Source: Escherichia phage AV125
DNA: 64,000 nucleotides
Sequence record: OR352955.1
Direction: 5' to 3' (one strand)
Positions 46,508 through 55,637 of the stretch are shown here, in pieces. The position numbers and the translations under genes were made by a program. Within the stretch, counting starts at the first letter, position 1. Each line of letters begins with the position of its first letter. The notes beneath the pieces were generated by a model that did no database searches, had not been told where the DNA came from, and was given only the letters and a program-made list of their open reading frames with translations.

Positions 46508-47467
46508 TTAGATTCCAATAATAGTTGCTGCTCGTTTATCTTTGGATCTGGTGTTTGCTCTACTACGTGACAAACCTCCACAAGATTCACAACGAATGAT
46601 ATCGAAAGAACTTACCGCAGTGTGGTATTGTTTACCAGTAACAACGTGAACGTGATCACTGCCACAACGAGAACAACGGACCTTCTCATCTGGGTAATAA
46701 GCGGATAAGTTAGGATGCTGTGGAATCCACGGAAGGATTTTCATATACAAATCACGGAGCGAAACAACATCACCATCATTGTAAATCTGCATACGTTCAA
46801 AAGCATCACGATCACCTTCACAACATGCTTTCCATAAAGGGAACCCCTCGTTATCCAGTTTTTCACTTTCTGTTTCGAAATATGCTCCCATTTCTTTAAG
46901 GGAGTTGGAAGGAAGTGCAAATTGTTTCTTAGCTGCCTTCAATGTATCAACAACTACATAATTAGAAGGAGGAGCCATATCGTGATATGCAAATCGTTGG
47001 TTAATGTATGCACGGTCAAACTTATATCCGTTGTGTGCCACAACTACATCTGCCTCATTCAGAAGGTTCCAAAGATCTTGGCAAAGCTCCCAATCATCTG
47101 TATGATCAATATCAAAAAGAGGATAAGAAGACAAGTTCTTACCTTCCACTTCACCAGTATACAGGTCGGCAGAAGAGTAAGATAACAAATAACCCCTACG
47201 AATTACTTGATCTGGAGAAATGAAGGCTTTGAATCGACGGAAAGTATATGCAATCTCTGGTGCAGTTTCAACATCAATAATTTTAATAACTGGTTGTTTC
47301 TTTTTAACGGGTTCTTGTTTACTTCCACTGAAACGTGCAAGGAAATCATTTACTGTGCTTTTTCTTGTTGGGCTACCTAAAACAATTGCTGCAATATTTC
47401 GAGAAGACATACCCTCTGCACTCATACTAAGGATATCTGCTTTCTGCTCTTCTGTTAATCTGCTCAC
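46508..47467 (-). CDS. DnaQ-like 3'-5' exonuclease (DexA-like) with N-terminal HTH and C-terminal zinc ribbon
   Basis: Exo I IIDVETAPE, Exo II VVVAHNGYKFDRAYI, Exo III YNDGDV; CSRCGS...CESCGG. Confidence 0.7.
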   Translation of the reverse strand: MSRLTEEQKADILSMSAEGMSSRNIAAIVLGSPTRKSTVNDFLARFSGSKQEPVKKKQPVIKIIDVETAPEIAYTFRRFKAFISPDQVIRRGYLLSYSSADLYTGEVEGKNLSSYPLFDIDHTDDWELCQDLWNLLNEADVVVAHNGYKFDRAYINQRFAYHDMAPPSNYVVVDTLKAAKKQFALPSNSLKEMGAYFETESEKLDNEGFPLWKACCEGDRDAFERMQIYNDGDVVSLRDLYMKILPWIPQHPNLSAYYPDEKVRCSRCGSDHVHVVTGKQYHTAVSSFDIIRCESCGGLSRSRANTRSKDKRAATIIGI

Positions 47468-48153
47468 TCTGCCTCCTGTTGCGAGATGTATGACTGAAGC
47501 ATACTCTCAAATGTTGTATCGTCATTATCCCAGCGTTTCATGTATACCAACTGGAAAATTGTTTCTATCCATTCATCTGTTGTCATATGGACTTCTTCTC
47601 CATCCCAAGAAGTAAAATTAACACCATCTGGGAACCATGAGTAGTAAGTATCTTTAACTGTTTGGAAAAGTTCTGCTTGAGTTTTACAAGCTGAAAGAAG
47701 ATTAAAACAAGTAATATCTCCGAACTTAATATCAAAATCTTGATAAGGTCGGATACTATCTGTTTTATCTCCCATTAGCATCTGATATGCTAACCAGTAA
47801 CTGCCCCAACCTTTAACTTCTTTCTTTTTACCTTTATCTACGATCCATATATCGCCAATAGACTCGTCAATAAGAATTATATCTGGATTTTTAAATACTC
47901 CATCCTCTTTGTAGAAATTAAAAAGGATACTAGGAGTATGTAAACTATCTTTATCTATAGACACTACGATATAAGAAAATTTACCCGTCCTTTTATAATC
48001 TTTATAACCTTGGAAACCATACTTCTCTAACTCATCATCAGCCTCTATTACAGTAACAACATCACCATTGTGGAACTCCACAAGATAATCTTTGGTTTCT
48101 GAAAGCTGAAGTGGTTTGATATCTAATCGTTCAGACTTATATTCTACAGGCAT
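47464..48153 (-). CDS. FEN/RNase H-like 5'-3' exonuclease (ATG-initiated portion; frame is open a further 441 nt upstream)
   Basis: WLAYQMLMGDKTDSIRP resembles the FEN/T4 RNase H helix-3-turn-helix GDKxDN motif; acidic clusters ILIDESIGDIWIVD. Confidence 0.6.
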   Translation of the reverse strand: MPVEYKSERLDIKPLQLSETKDYLVEFHNGDVVTVIEADDELEKYGFQGYKDYKRTGKFSYIVVSIDKDSLHTPSILFNFYKEDGVFKNPDIILIDESIGDIWIVDKGKKKEVKGWGSYWLAYQMLMGDKTDSIRPYQDFDIKFGDITCFNLLSACKTQAELFQTVKDTYYSWFPDGVNFTSWDGEEVHMTTDEWIETIFQLVYMKRWDNDDTTFESMLQSYISQQEAE

Positions 48154-48594
48154 TTTGAAGGCGTGTCTGAAAGTTTTTCCTACGCCAATAACTCCGCAAT
48201 ATTTTTCTAAACGTAGATGTTTTAGAATACCTAAGACTTTTGTTTTAGCTGCTTGGAAGGTGTGTCCGATATCTTCTGGCGGGTATTGCTTATCAATGAT
48301 TTCGAACTCTTCCTTTGTGAAGGGACGTTTGTTTTTGGAGGCTCTTTCTGCATTTGTATCTCCTAGCCAACCTCCAATTTTAGTCTTGCTTTTACCCCAA
48401 AACTCTGTCTTATTTTTAAATTCCTTTTGAGCACCTGAAGGGATGTGCTTCGCAATGATTGTTCTTTTCTCTAATGCAGACGCTGCTTGGAAAGCGATCT
48501 GATCATAATCAATTGCAGCTATTGTTTCTTCGTTGACATATAAATGAAGATCTTCAGGTTTAATTAAAATATAACCGCTAATATTTCCCCCTAA

Positions 48595-48804
48595 TTATTC
48601 ATCGTCATCCTCTGTTGAGAATGTTTTAGTATACGGACATTGACGACTTTTCGGGATTGCTATAACTTCATCTTGGTTAGCGTTAGAATAGTAGCAATAT
48701 TTTGTATTGCCATTAACTTCAGAATCAGACAAGATTAAAGTAATTTGACCTGCTGCTACTGTGAAACTAAAAGCTAAAAGAACGACTGTCAGAATCTTTT
48801 TCAT
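48595..48804 (-). CDS. small secreted protein
   Basis: MKKILTVVLLAFSFTVAAGQ signal-like N-terminus, acidic C-terminus; RBS AGGAGG. Confidence 0.55.
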   Translation of the reverse strand: MKKILTVVLLAFSFTVAAGQITLILSDSEVNGNTKYCYYSNANQDEVIAIPKSRQCPYTKTFSTEDDDE

Positions 48805-48813
48805 AACGCCTCC

Positions 48814-48843
48814 TAAAAAGCCTACCTCATTAAGTAGGTAGGC
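48814..48843 (-). terminator. rho-independent terminator (minus strand)
   Basis: GCCTACCT-loop-AGGTAGGC then U-run on the minus-strand transcript, immediately before RBS of 48804 gene. Confidence 0.55.
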
Positions 48844-48876
48844 ATAATATCATAACTAATCCCGCAAGTCAAGAAC

Positions 48877-49755
48877 TTATTTAAGGATTGTTGCTTTGGT
48901 TAAATCTTCCATCAGACCTCGAATCTCATTGAAGCACAGAAGGACTGAAGCTTCAATACTGCCTTCTTCGTCTGCAAAATATTTCGGAAAACGTAGTTTA
49001 GAAAGTTTAAACTCTTTATCCACTACAAAATCTACAACACCATCATATTCAAGACCGATTGCAACCACATCTTTACCATCTTCTTTTAGTTCGACAGCTT
49101 TAGACTCGTATAGAGATTCTTTACTCCAAACAACAACACCCTCGCTATCCTCCATTTTGATATAATTTCCGAGAGTAATACGATCTGCTTCGTGATTCTC
49201 CAGCAATTCACCAAAACCTTTTACAATAGCTTCTTCGTGCACACTAAAACCTACCGAAGGGAAAGTCCCCAGAACGGAACGGAGGAAAGAAGTAATCTCT
49301 TCTGCAACCTTTTTACTTCCATTAAGAACATAAAGAAGATTCGTAGTTTTATCCAAGACAACATAATTAAAGAAATCTTCAGGTTCTGTTTCAGGCAATA
49401 GTGCAAATTCAATATCTTCCTTCATTGCTTTGACTACTTCTTTATCGACATAAAACTCTTTACCTTCGCTCTCCATGTCCTGACGCATTTCTTCTAGACG
49501 TTCATTCAAAATACGTTTAACTTTCTTTTTATCTACCTTTTTCACAGATTGACCTACATTAAGCAGTTCAAGATCTGAAAACTCTTTTACAAATTTAGAG
49601 TCATCTTCGAAACGAACAAGACCGATAGTGTGTGACTGGGAGCCTTCTGCTGTTACAAATTCCAGAGGAATATCTGTAATGCTGTTAATGGATGCTACAG
49701 AAGCATTGTCACCAACAACCATAGGCAGAGCGGATTTAAAAGATTTTACAAACAT
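48877..49755 (-). CDS. hypothetical protein
   Basis: 292-aa acidic ORF. Confidence 0.55.
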   Translation of the reverse strand: MFVKSFKSALPMVVGDNASVASINSITDIPLEFVTAEGSQSHTIGLVRFEDDSKFVKEFSDLELLNVGQSVKKVDKKKVKRILNERLEEMRQDMESEGKEFYVDKEVVKAMKEDIEFALLPETEPEDFFNYVVLDKTTNLLYVLNGSKKVAEEITSFLRSVLGTFPSVGFSVHEEAIVKGFGELLENHEADRITLGNYIKMEDSEGVVVWSKESLYESKAVELKEDGKDVVAIGLEYDGVVDFVVDKEFKLSKLRFPKYFADEEGSIEASVLLCFNEIRGLMEDLTKATILK

Positions 49756-49767
49756 GTTTCCTCCTAT

Positions 49768-50406
49768 TTAAAAACGGGTATTTAAAAAATAGTTAGACAT
49801 ACCTAACTCTAATGCTTCGAGATTGTAAGCTTCAGCCGCTTCCAACTCTGTAGTATATCTTCCTAAATATTTTGTTTTCTTATCGAAACAAATAAAAGCC
49901 AGCCATTTATTTTTAGCTTTGTCATAGGAGACTCCCCTAAAATTTGAATACTTGCTTTTTGTTTTACCTCTGTTTCGAATCTGTTCACTTTGTGTTGTCC
50001 ATCTGCAATTCTCTTTACTGTAACCAAGATCAACATTTACACGATCTAAACTATGGTTTTTAGGTCGCTTACCCATGTCTTTCAAGAAAGTGTTAAATGA
50101 TTTCTTCCAATCATCACAAACAGTAATTCCTCGTCCACCGTATCTATCATAGTGCTCACAATTTTCATTATAACACCTTTGTAGCATATTACGATAACTT
50201 TCGTAAGTATATCGTTCCTTATTAGATAGGCCATCGCCCTTACTACAATACATGCATTTCGGACTCTTTGATCTTTTCAGACTGGACAATGTTCTTAAAC
50301 TTTCTTTTTGGCATACCAAGCATAAACATACAAAAGTAGTTTGATTGTCAATCTTGGTTTCAGAAAGACGGGAGATTCTAAAATCTCCCTTTGTTGAACC
50401 TATCAT
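49768..50406 (-). CDS. HNH homing endonuclease with AP2 domain
   Basis: SLDRVNVDLGYSKENCRWTTQSEQIRNR (HNH), FRGVSYDKAKNKWLAFI...KYLGRYTTELEAAEAYN (AP2). Confidence 0.75.
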   Translation of the reverse strand: MIGSTKGDFRISRLSETKIDNQTTFVCLCLVCQKESLRTLSSLKRSKSPKCMYCSKGDGLSNKERYTYESYRNMLQRCYNENCEHYDRYGGRGITVCDDWKKSFNTFLKDMGKRPKNHSLDRVNVDLGYSKENCRWTTQSEQIRNRGKTKSKYSNFRGVSYDKAKNKWLAFICFDKKTKYLGRYTTELEAAEAYNLEALELGMSNYFLNTRF

Positions 50407-51128
50407 TTTTTGATAATAGCTGCAATGTTGGGTTTAATGAAACCTGACCACTTCATGATCTTGCCTTTATCATCAAAGAACACATACACTTTCTGTTTTT
50501 CATTATAAACAGCATGAACACCAGTGTATGCTCCTTCTGGACGATTGGCATTTCGTTCTTCAATTGCAGTGCATTCTTGTGCAATGGCTGAATCGATATC
50601 TGAAGTTTTCCAAGTTTTCAGCAACTGTTGTTTAGTTGGATACTTGGAATCATTACTTTTCAATACCTCTTTAATAACTTTCTTTTCTGGATATTTTGAA
50701 CGGATTAGAGTGTCACGAGACATACGCATAATACCAGCAGCCATTAGTGCCATTTGAACTGGCTCTGTAAATGTTTGTTCCAAAGCATCAAAATCAGTAT
50801 ACACAGTTGGAGTAAAAACATCGCCTACAGCATAGTCCAAGAAATTCATCGTATGTTCTTCACCAAAGAACATGTAGGTCAGATAACTGGATACTACAAA
50901 AATATCCGCTGCTGCATCCAAGAGTTCTACATGATCGTTTACTTTCGCGGCTGTTTCATACTCTTTAAGCTCTTCACGAACGAATCCGATTTGGGACATA
51001 AATAGCTCTTGAGTGAATTCAGGTTGTTCACCACCTCGTGCTTTAGCATTCCAATCAATCACGTGCTTCGCTGCATTTTTGAAAAATTCAGTATCGAACT
51101 TAATATCTTTAAAAAAATTCTCGATCAT
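50403..51128 (-). CDS. MazG-like all-alpha nucleoside triphosphate pyrophosphohydrolase (dCTPase/dUTPase-like)
   Basis: REELKEYETAAKVNDHVELLDAAADIFVV acidic EExxE...D helix pair. Confidence 0.5.
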   Translation of the reverse strand: MIENFFKDIKFDTEFFKNAAKHVIDWNAKARGGEQPEFTQELFMSQIGFVREELKEYETAAKVNDHVELLDAAADIFVVSSYLTYMFFGEEHTMNFLDYAVGDVFTPTVYTDFDALEQTFTEPVQMALMAAGIMRMSRDTLIRSKYPEKKVIKEVLKSNDSKYPTKQQLLKTWKTSDIDSAIAQECTAIEERNANRPEGAYTGVHAVYNEKQKVYVFFDDKGKIMKWSGFIKPNIAAIIKK

Positions 51129-51137
51129 TATAACTCC

Positions 51138-51320
51138 TTATTTAAAATAGCTTTCTAGAAAGTTGCTAATATTTACTACAGTCTCACCCATGTAAATTCC
51201 TGCGAAACCGAAAACAAGCATACGTGGAATATTGAAATACCATTTATCCGCTGGAAAAGATGCCAGAATTACAATAGCAATTGCTATCAGCATCATAAGA
51301 ATTGTTGCTAAAATTATCAT
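51138..51320 (-). CDS. small membrane protein
   Basis: Start at ATG 51320; MIILATILMMLIAIAIVILASF is one predicted TM segment. Confidence 0.4.
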   Translation of the reverse strand: MIILATILMMLIAIAIVILASFPADKWYFNIPRMLVFGFAGIYMGETVVNISNFLESYFK

Positions 51321-51511
51321 AAAAATGCCTCCAGGTATTTTGAACAATGATAAGCTAAGAAACAAGAAACTACCGCATACCCAACTCCAGACATACATGA
51401 ATCAATCACAACACATACGGTTCTTTTCTTTGAATTCTTAGGAAAGTTTTCCGAAGCAGTCATACAATAAAAAGAAAGCACACTGAAAACGATTAAAATG
51501 GCTAAGAACAT
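51317..51511 (-). CDS. small membrane protein
   Basis: MFLAILIVFSVLSFYCM hydrophobic N-terminus; 64 aa. Confidence 0.4.
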   Translation of the reverse strand: MFLAILIVFSVLSFYCMTASENFPKNSKKRTVCVVIDSCMSGVGYAVVSCFLAYHCSKYLEAFL

Positions 51512-51520
51512 TTTTCCTCC

Positions 51521-52648
51521 TTACTCTGCTGGTTCCCAAGTGCCTGGGATCATTTCTCGAATACGAACACCAACAGGTTTTGTTGGAATACCTTCATCTG
51601 AAAATTCTTCATACTCTATTTCAACGAACTGATTAATCAAGGTAGAAGCATTCTCTGCTTTACGATAATTGATAGTCTCATGAGCATCTTTACGCATTAA
51701 GAATTCGACTACTTTACCATTTTCCATCTCACCTGTCAACACTCCATCGCCATTTTTATCGCTTTTTGAATTTGTTACTTTAACTTCAAGGGTATGGCGA
51801 GGCTTACGTTTAATAACATCGTAAGAACGTTTATCAAATTCGTAAACTCCGTGAGCATTACGATATACTACACCTTCAGCTTTCTCAAGTAAAGCTTTTT
51901 CATAGAAAGCATCAAACTGTTCTTGGTTTTCAATATACTCTGTATGAACTACACAAATAAGCTCGTCAAGACCATAATCTTCAACTACTGCCTTAAGAGC
52001 AGCAAGAGCATCAACACGTTTTTCAAACGGTAGACCTGGAACTGGAATATCGTATACGTAATAATTCAGCAAAGGTGTATTTGCATTATGCTTCTTCCAG
52101 GCACTGTTAATTTGTTGCAGACTAAGGACACCTAACCCAGCAAACACTTCACCATCAAGAGGATGACCAACAACTTCACTAATAAAGTTTGGAATACCTT
52201 TCCAATGAGGTGGCAGGTTATACACTTCCCCAGCTTTTGATAAACACTCCCCTTTCATGTTAATCATAGAACGTAACCCGTTCAGTTTGTATTGTGCATA
52301 ACCAGGGAACACAACCCTTTCAGGATAATCTTTATAATCCTGGCATTTCATTGGTGTGGAAGGAACATGGTTTTCAGCTTCTTCTTTTGTTTTATAATAG
52401 CCATTCTTTAACTGTTTTGTCCATTTGGCAAAAGCTTCAAGTTCAGCTTGTTCTTCCGGTGTTGTTTCATTGGAACGACCAATGTTTTTTGCTTCTGCTG
52501 TATAAGATTTTTCTGTGATCTTTCCACCTACTCTTCCATGAGCTACAGTAACAACTGCACCATCTGTATACACTGTCCACTGTTTAAGTTTTCCTTTTGA
52601 ATCTTTACCATACAGCGTTTGATTTGTTTGTTGCATTAGTCCTCCCAT
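51521..52648 (-). CDS. ATP-dependent DNA ligase-like nucleotidyltransferase
   Basis: Motif I YKLNGLR (KxDGxR with Asn for Asp), motif III LDGEVF, motif IV EGVVYR, motif V VIKRKP. Confidence 0.65.
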   Translation of the reverse strand: MGGLMQQTNQTLYGKDSKGKLKQWTVYTDGAVVTVAHGRVGGKITEKSYTAEAKNIGRSNETTPEEQAELEAFAKWTKQLKNGYYKTKEEAENHVPSTPMKCQDYKDYPERVVFPGYAQYKLNGLRSMINMKGECLSKAGEVYNLPPHWKGIPNFISEVVGHPLDGEVFAGLGVLSLQQINSAWKKHNANTPLLNYYVYDIPVPGLPFEKRVDALAALKAVVEDYGLDELICVVHTEYIENQEQFDAFYEKALLEKAEGVVYRNAHGVYEFDKRSYDVIKRKPRHTLEVKVTNSKSDKNGDGVLTGEMENGKVVEFLMRKDAHETINYRKAENASTLINQFVEIEYEEFSDEGIPTKPVGVRIREMIPGTWEPAE

Positions 52649-52857
52649 TTAAAAACTGAAATTTTCAATCTGTTACACACTTCATCCAAATCTGCGTCGA
52701 GTAACGTTGTAGATGTTGCCAACATGTAATCAATGCTTGTGAAACCTTGCCCTTTGGCATAGTCAAGCATATCTTCATACATATCTTCAAGATCACCGTC
52801 ATCAAAAGTAGCTAGAAAATCCTCGTCTCCGCTACGAACATAAAATGCAGTACTCAT
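52636..52857 (-). CDS. hypothetical protein
   Basis: 73-aa acidic ORF. Confidence 0.45.
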   Translation of the reverse strand: MSTAFYVRSGDEDFLATFDDGDLEDMYEDMLDYAKGQGFTSIDYMLATSTTLLDADLDEVCNRLKISVFKWED

Positions 52858-53045
52858 TCTTCTTCATCCCAAGATTCAAAAGCACAACAATCATCGGTTT
52901 CTATAATACCGACACGTCCGCAGGTATTGCAAGTGATTTTATCCCCGTAGAATAAATAATTTTTATCACCCTCTGTGTTTACAGTTATGTCATTACTACC
53001 ACAAGGGCAAGTCAGCCAACCAACAACAACGATATCTTTTTTCAT
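52854..53045 (-). CDS. small zinc-ribbon protein
   Basis: CPCG ... CNTCG. Confidence 0.45.
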   Translation of the reverse strand: MKKDIVVVGWLTCPCGSNDITVNTEGDKNYLFYGDKITCNTCGRVGIIETDDCCAFESWDEEE

Positions 53046-53054
53046 AATCCCTCC

Positions 53055-53381
53055 TTAAGCGTTAAGTTCGTTGTTGAGTTCGTAAATCTCTTCTTGAAGA
53101 GCATCAATCTCTTCCTCCAAACGGGAGATCTCTTCTTTTAGATATACCATTTCAGATTCTTTCTCTTCTAATTCATTTTCAAATTTTACTTTATTTGCCT
53201 CATTTTCATAATGCAGTTCAGCGTAATCATCACGCATTTGTTCAATAAGATGAATCAGAGACAAGATATAATTGTCTCCCGTTTCATCACGCCACTCTTC
53301 ACCGTGACGGAGAACGGTAATTCGTCCAGTATCTTCATCTAAAATTGTCTCATATTTACGATCATCTGTATAAATCTGCAT
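53055..53381 (-). CDS. coiled-coil protein
   Basis: C-terminal heptad-rich EEISRLEEEIDALQEEIYEL. Confidence 0.5.
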   Translation of the reverse strand: MQIYTDDRKYETILDEDTGRITVLRHGEEWRDETGDNYILSLIHLIEQMRDDYAELHYENEANKVKFENELEEKESEMVYLKEEISRLEEEIDALQEEIYELNNELNA

Positions 53382-53390
53382 TATTTCTCC

Positions 53391-53795
53391 TTATTGAAGT
53401 TTAAGTGAACCACGAAGACGTTTCTCTTGCTGATCACGGATATATTGTGGAACCTCGTGAATTGAATCATTACCGTGCCTATTTTCAACAATTAAAGAGA
53501 TAACTTGATAACCAAACTCTTCAGCAAGAGCTAGATAAGGTTTAAGTTCTTTCTCTGTGGTTGAAGTATTAGAAACAATAATCTTGTTAAGATTAGATGC
53601 CATAGCATCACGAACAATATCCTGACACCATGCGTGTGCTTTACCTACATTTTCTGGCTTCCAATCGTAAACACCACTCTCTGTGTAATGATATTGATCT
53701 GCCTCACAGATAGGCCAATAACCTTCAGAAATAATTTCTGCTACTGTAGATTTACCAGCACCTGAAACGCCACGTAAAATGATAAGTTGTTTCAT
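53391..53795 (-). CDS. polynucleotide kinase-like P-loop kinase (kinase domain only)
   Basis: MKQLIILRGVSGAGKSTVAEII and IIVSNTSTTEKELKPYLALAEEFGY parallel T4 Pnk [22 protein letters not shown] and VIISDTNLNPERR. Confidence 0.65.
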   Translation of the reverse strand: MKQLIILRGVSGAGKSTVAEIISEGYWPICEADQYHYTESGVYDWKPENVGKAHAWCQDIVRDAMASNLNKIIVSNTSTTEKELKPYLALAEEFGYQVISLIVENRHGNDSIHEVPQYIRDQQEKRLRGSLKLQ

Positions 53796-54728
53796 TTATC
53801 CTCCAAAAAAGTTTTCGATTTTTTCACGTCGCTCTTGCTGATTTAAAGCAGCCCATTGAGTCTTCGTAAAATTATTTCGAATCCATTCTAACAAAGCGTA
53901 ATATTCTTCGTCAACCATTTGTTTGGCATTTTTTGGATTATCCCAAATCAGATCCCACTTTTTATCTCCACCGCGCATAAGAAACTTCTTAGTAAGGTAG
54001 TGTGGTGATTTAATTTTTAAAAGTAAGTTGAACGGATAGTTTGTTTCACGAACTACAAACCCTTCGTGTTTACAATGTTTAGACATTTCAACAACATCTG
54101 AAAACTTAACCATTGGATGAACTTCAGGACGCTTAAATTTGGTGACAGAAGCAATTCCATCAAGAGCACCTTCAGGTAACATAAAACTTGTCCCATCAGG
54201 ATTTTGAATTCTGGCACCAATTAAGTATGCACCTGGTTCTTCTTCGACAATATGCGGATCAGAAGGATCACAGATTTCAAAAAGGAAAGTTGCTTTTGCA
54301 CTCTCTGTCCATTTGATGAAATGTTCTATGTCATCACACTCTGAAACAATATGATTCTTTGCAATACTTGCAAAATCTGATTCAAGGCTTCCTGTTGTCG
54401 ATACAATAAGTTGACCTTTATATACACCTACAGAGGCCATAAAACCATTTACTTTACGAACCACATCTACAAGTTCATCCAATGGTAGATCTGTGCCATT
54501 CTCAAAACGATTAAAAATCTTAGTGAAAGGCCAAATAACAACATTGTCATCAGCATCAACAACGATTCCGCGACATTCTAGAAGACGAGAATCAATGCTC
54601 CATAAGTTATCCCAGAAAACTTTGTTCTTATACTTAAGAACAGATAGACCAGAATACTCTCCTTCTTTATATGTTTTCTTATGAACTAAACCTTTTTCAA
54701 CCAAATCGTCGCAATTAAATTTAGTCAC
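53796..54728 (-). CDS. RNA ligase-like nucleotidyltransferase
   Basis: VRKVNGFMASV (KxNG motif I as in tRNA-ligase type adenylyltransferases), HEGFVVRE (motif IV), LLLKIKSP (motif V). Confidence 0.5.
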   Translation of the reverse strand: MTKFNCDDLVEKGLVHKKTYKEGEYSGLSVLKYKNKVFWDNLWSIDSRLLECRGIVVDADDNVVIWPFTKIFNRFENGTDLPLDELVDVVRKVNGFMASVGVYKGQLIVSTTGSLESDFASIAKNHIVSECDDIEHFIKWTESAKATFLFEICDPSDPHIVEEEPGAYLIGARIQNPDGTSFMLPEGALDGIASVTKFKRPEVHPMVKFSDVVEMSKHCKHEGFVVRETNYPFNLLLKIKSPHYLTKKFLMRGGDKKWDLIWDNPKNAKQMVDEEYYALLEWIRNNFTKTQWAALNQQERREKIENFFGG

Positions 54729-54729
54729 A

Positions 54730-55281
54730 TTACTCTCCTTTGATTATTTTGTGATGGTCTACAGTCACGATATCTCGTTTACTCATCATAGAAATTATCT
54801 CATCAAAATGCAAGATTTTTCCGTGTGCATCCCAACCCACATCTAACATTTTACCATAAGCTTCATCAGGGAAAGATCCGTGGGAATGCCCGTGTAGCAT
54901 GATTGATCCACGACCTTGTTTATTCCAGGAGGCCATAGGGTAATGACTTAAGACGAAGAACAGCTTCTGATATTTCACTTCGTCATAATACACCACTTCA
55001 CCATACTCTGCAAGCACTTCTCGGTGTTTGCTGTAGTCATGGTTCCCAACACAGTAGGTGATATCTCCTTGGAGACGAGAAGCAATTTTACGGGTATCTT
55101 CTTCAGTTCCGAAACAGAAGTCGCCCAAATGCCACATCTTAACACCAGGAGTAGTAGCACATTTGTTCCATGCTTCGATCAAGGCTTCTGTCATGTGGTC
55201 CATATCTTCCCACGGACGATATTCAGGAGCAAACTCTCGAATACGTTTATGCATAAAATGCAAATCGCTTGTAATAAACAT
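54730..55281 (-). CDS. calcineurin-like metallophosphoesterase
   Basis: SDLHF, GDFCFG, GNHD, HGHSH metal-binding motifs. Confidence 0.75.
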   Translation of the reverse strand: MFITSDLHFMHKRIREFAPEYRPWEDMDHMTEALIEAWNKCATTPGVKMWHLGDFCFGTEEDTRKIASRLQGDITYCVGNHDYSKHREVLAEYGEVVYYDEVKYQKLFFVLSHYPMASWNKQGRGSIMLHGHSHGSFPDEAYGKMLDVGWDAHGKILHFDEIISMMSKRDIVTVDHHKIIKGE

Positions 55282-55637
55282 TAGTATAATCCCTCGCTAA
55301 ATAATTCATGGTCGTGACCATTACGCTCATGGTCGATCTGGTCAGCATTTTCCGCGATGATGTAAGCATCCGCACGACTCCACCAATTGTAATACTGATC
55401 GATAAAGCCTTGATTATCTGGTGTGCACAAAGTTTTGTTGATTACACCTGCTTCTTTCAACACGTTTAACTGTGCATATAGTACGGGATTTGCATGTCGA
55501 ACACAAGGAATAATTAACTCTTCACCATTATTCAAAATATACTTATTTGCAGCACAGACGATAACACGTTGCGCATAATGACCCTCACCCATCCAGGTAA
55601 GAGGTTGGTAACAAATATTGTTTTCAATACCACTCAT
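55281..55637 (-). CDS. hypothetical protein
   Basis: 118-aa ORF, ATGA overlap. Confidence 0.5.
   Translation of the reverse strand: MSGIENNICYQPLTWMGEGHYAQRVIVCAANKYILNNGEELIIPCVRHANPVLYAQLNVLKEAGVINKTLCTPDNQGFIDQYYNWWSRADAYIIAENADQIDHERNGHDHELFSEGLY

Noticed and set aside
48595-48804. Stop-codon read-through fusing the small secreted protein to the downstream FEN-like frame
   Set aside because: The two are in frame, but a signal-peptide protein fused to a cytoplasmic nuclease makes no functional sense; independent initiation or a sequence error is more likely.
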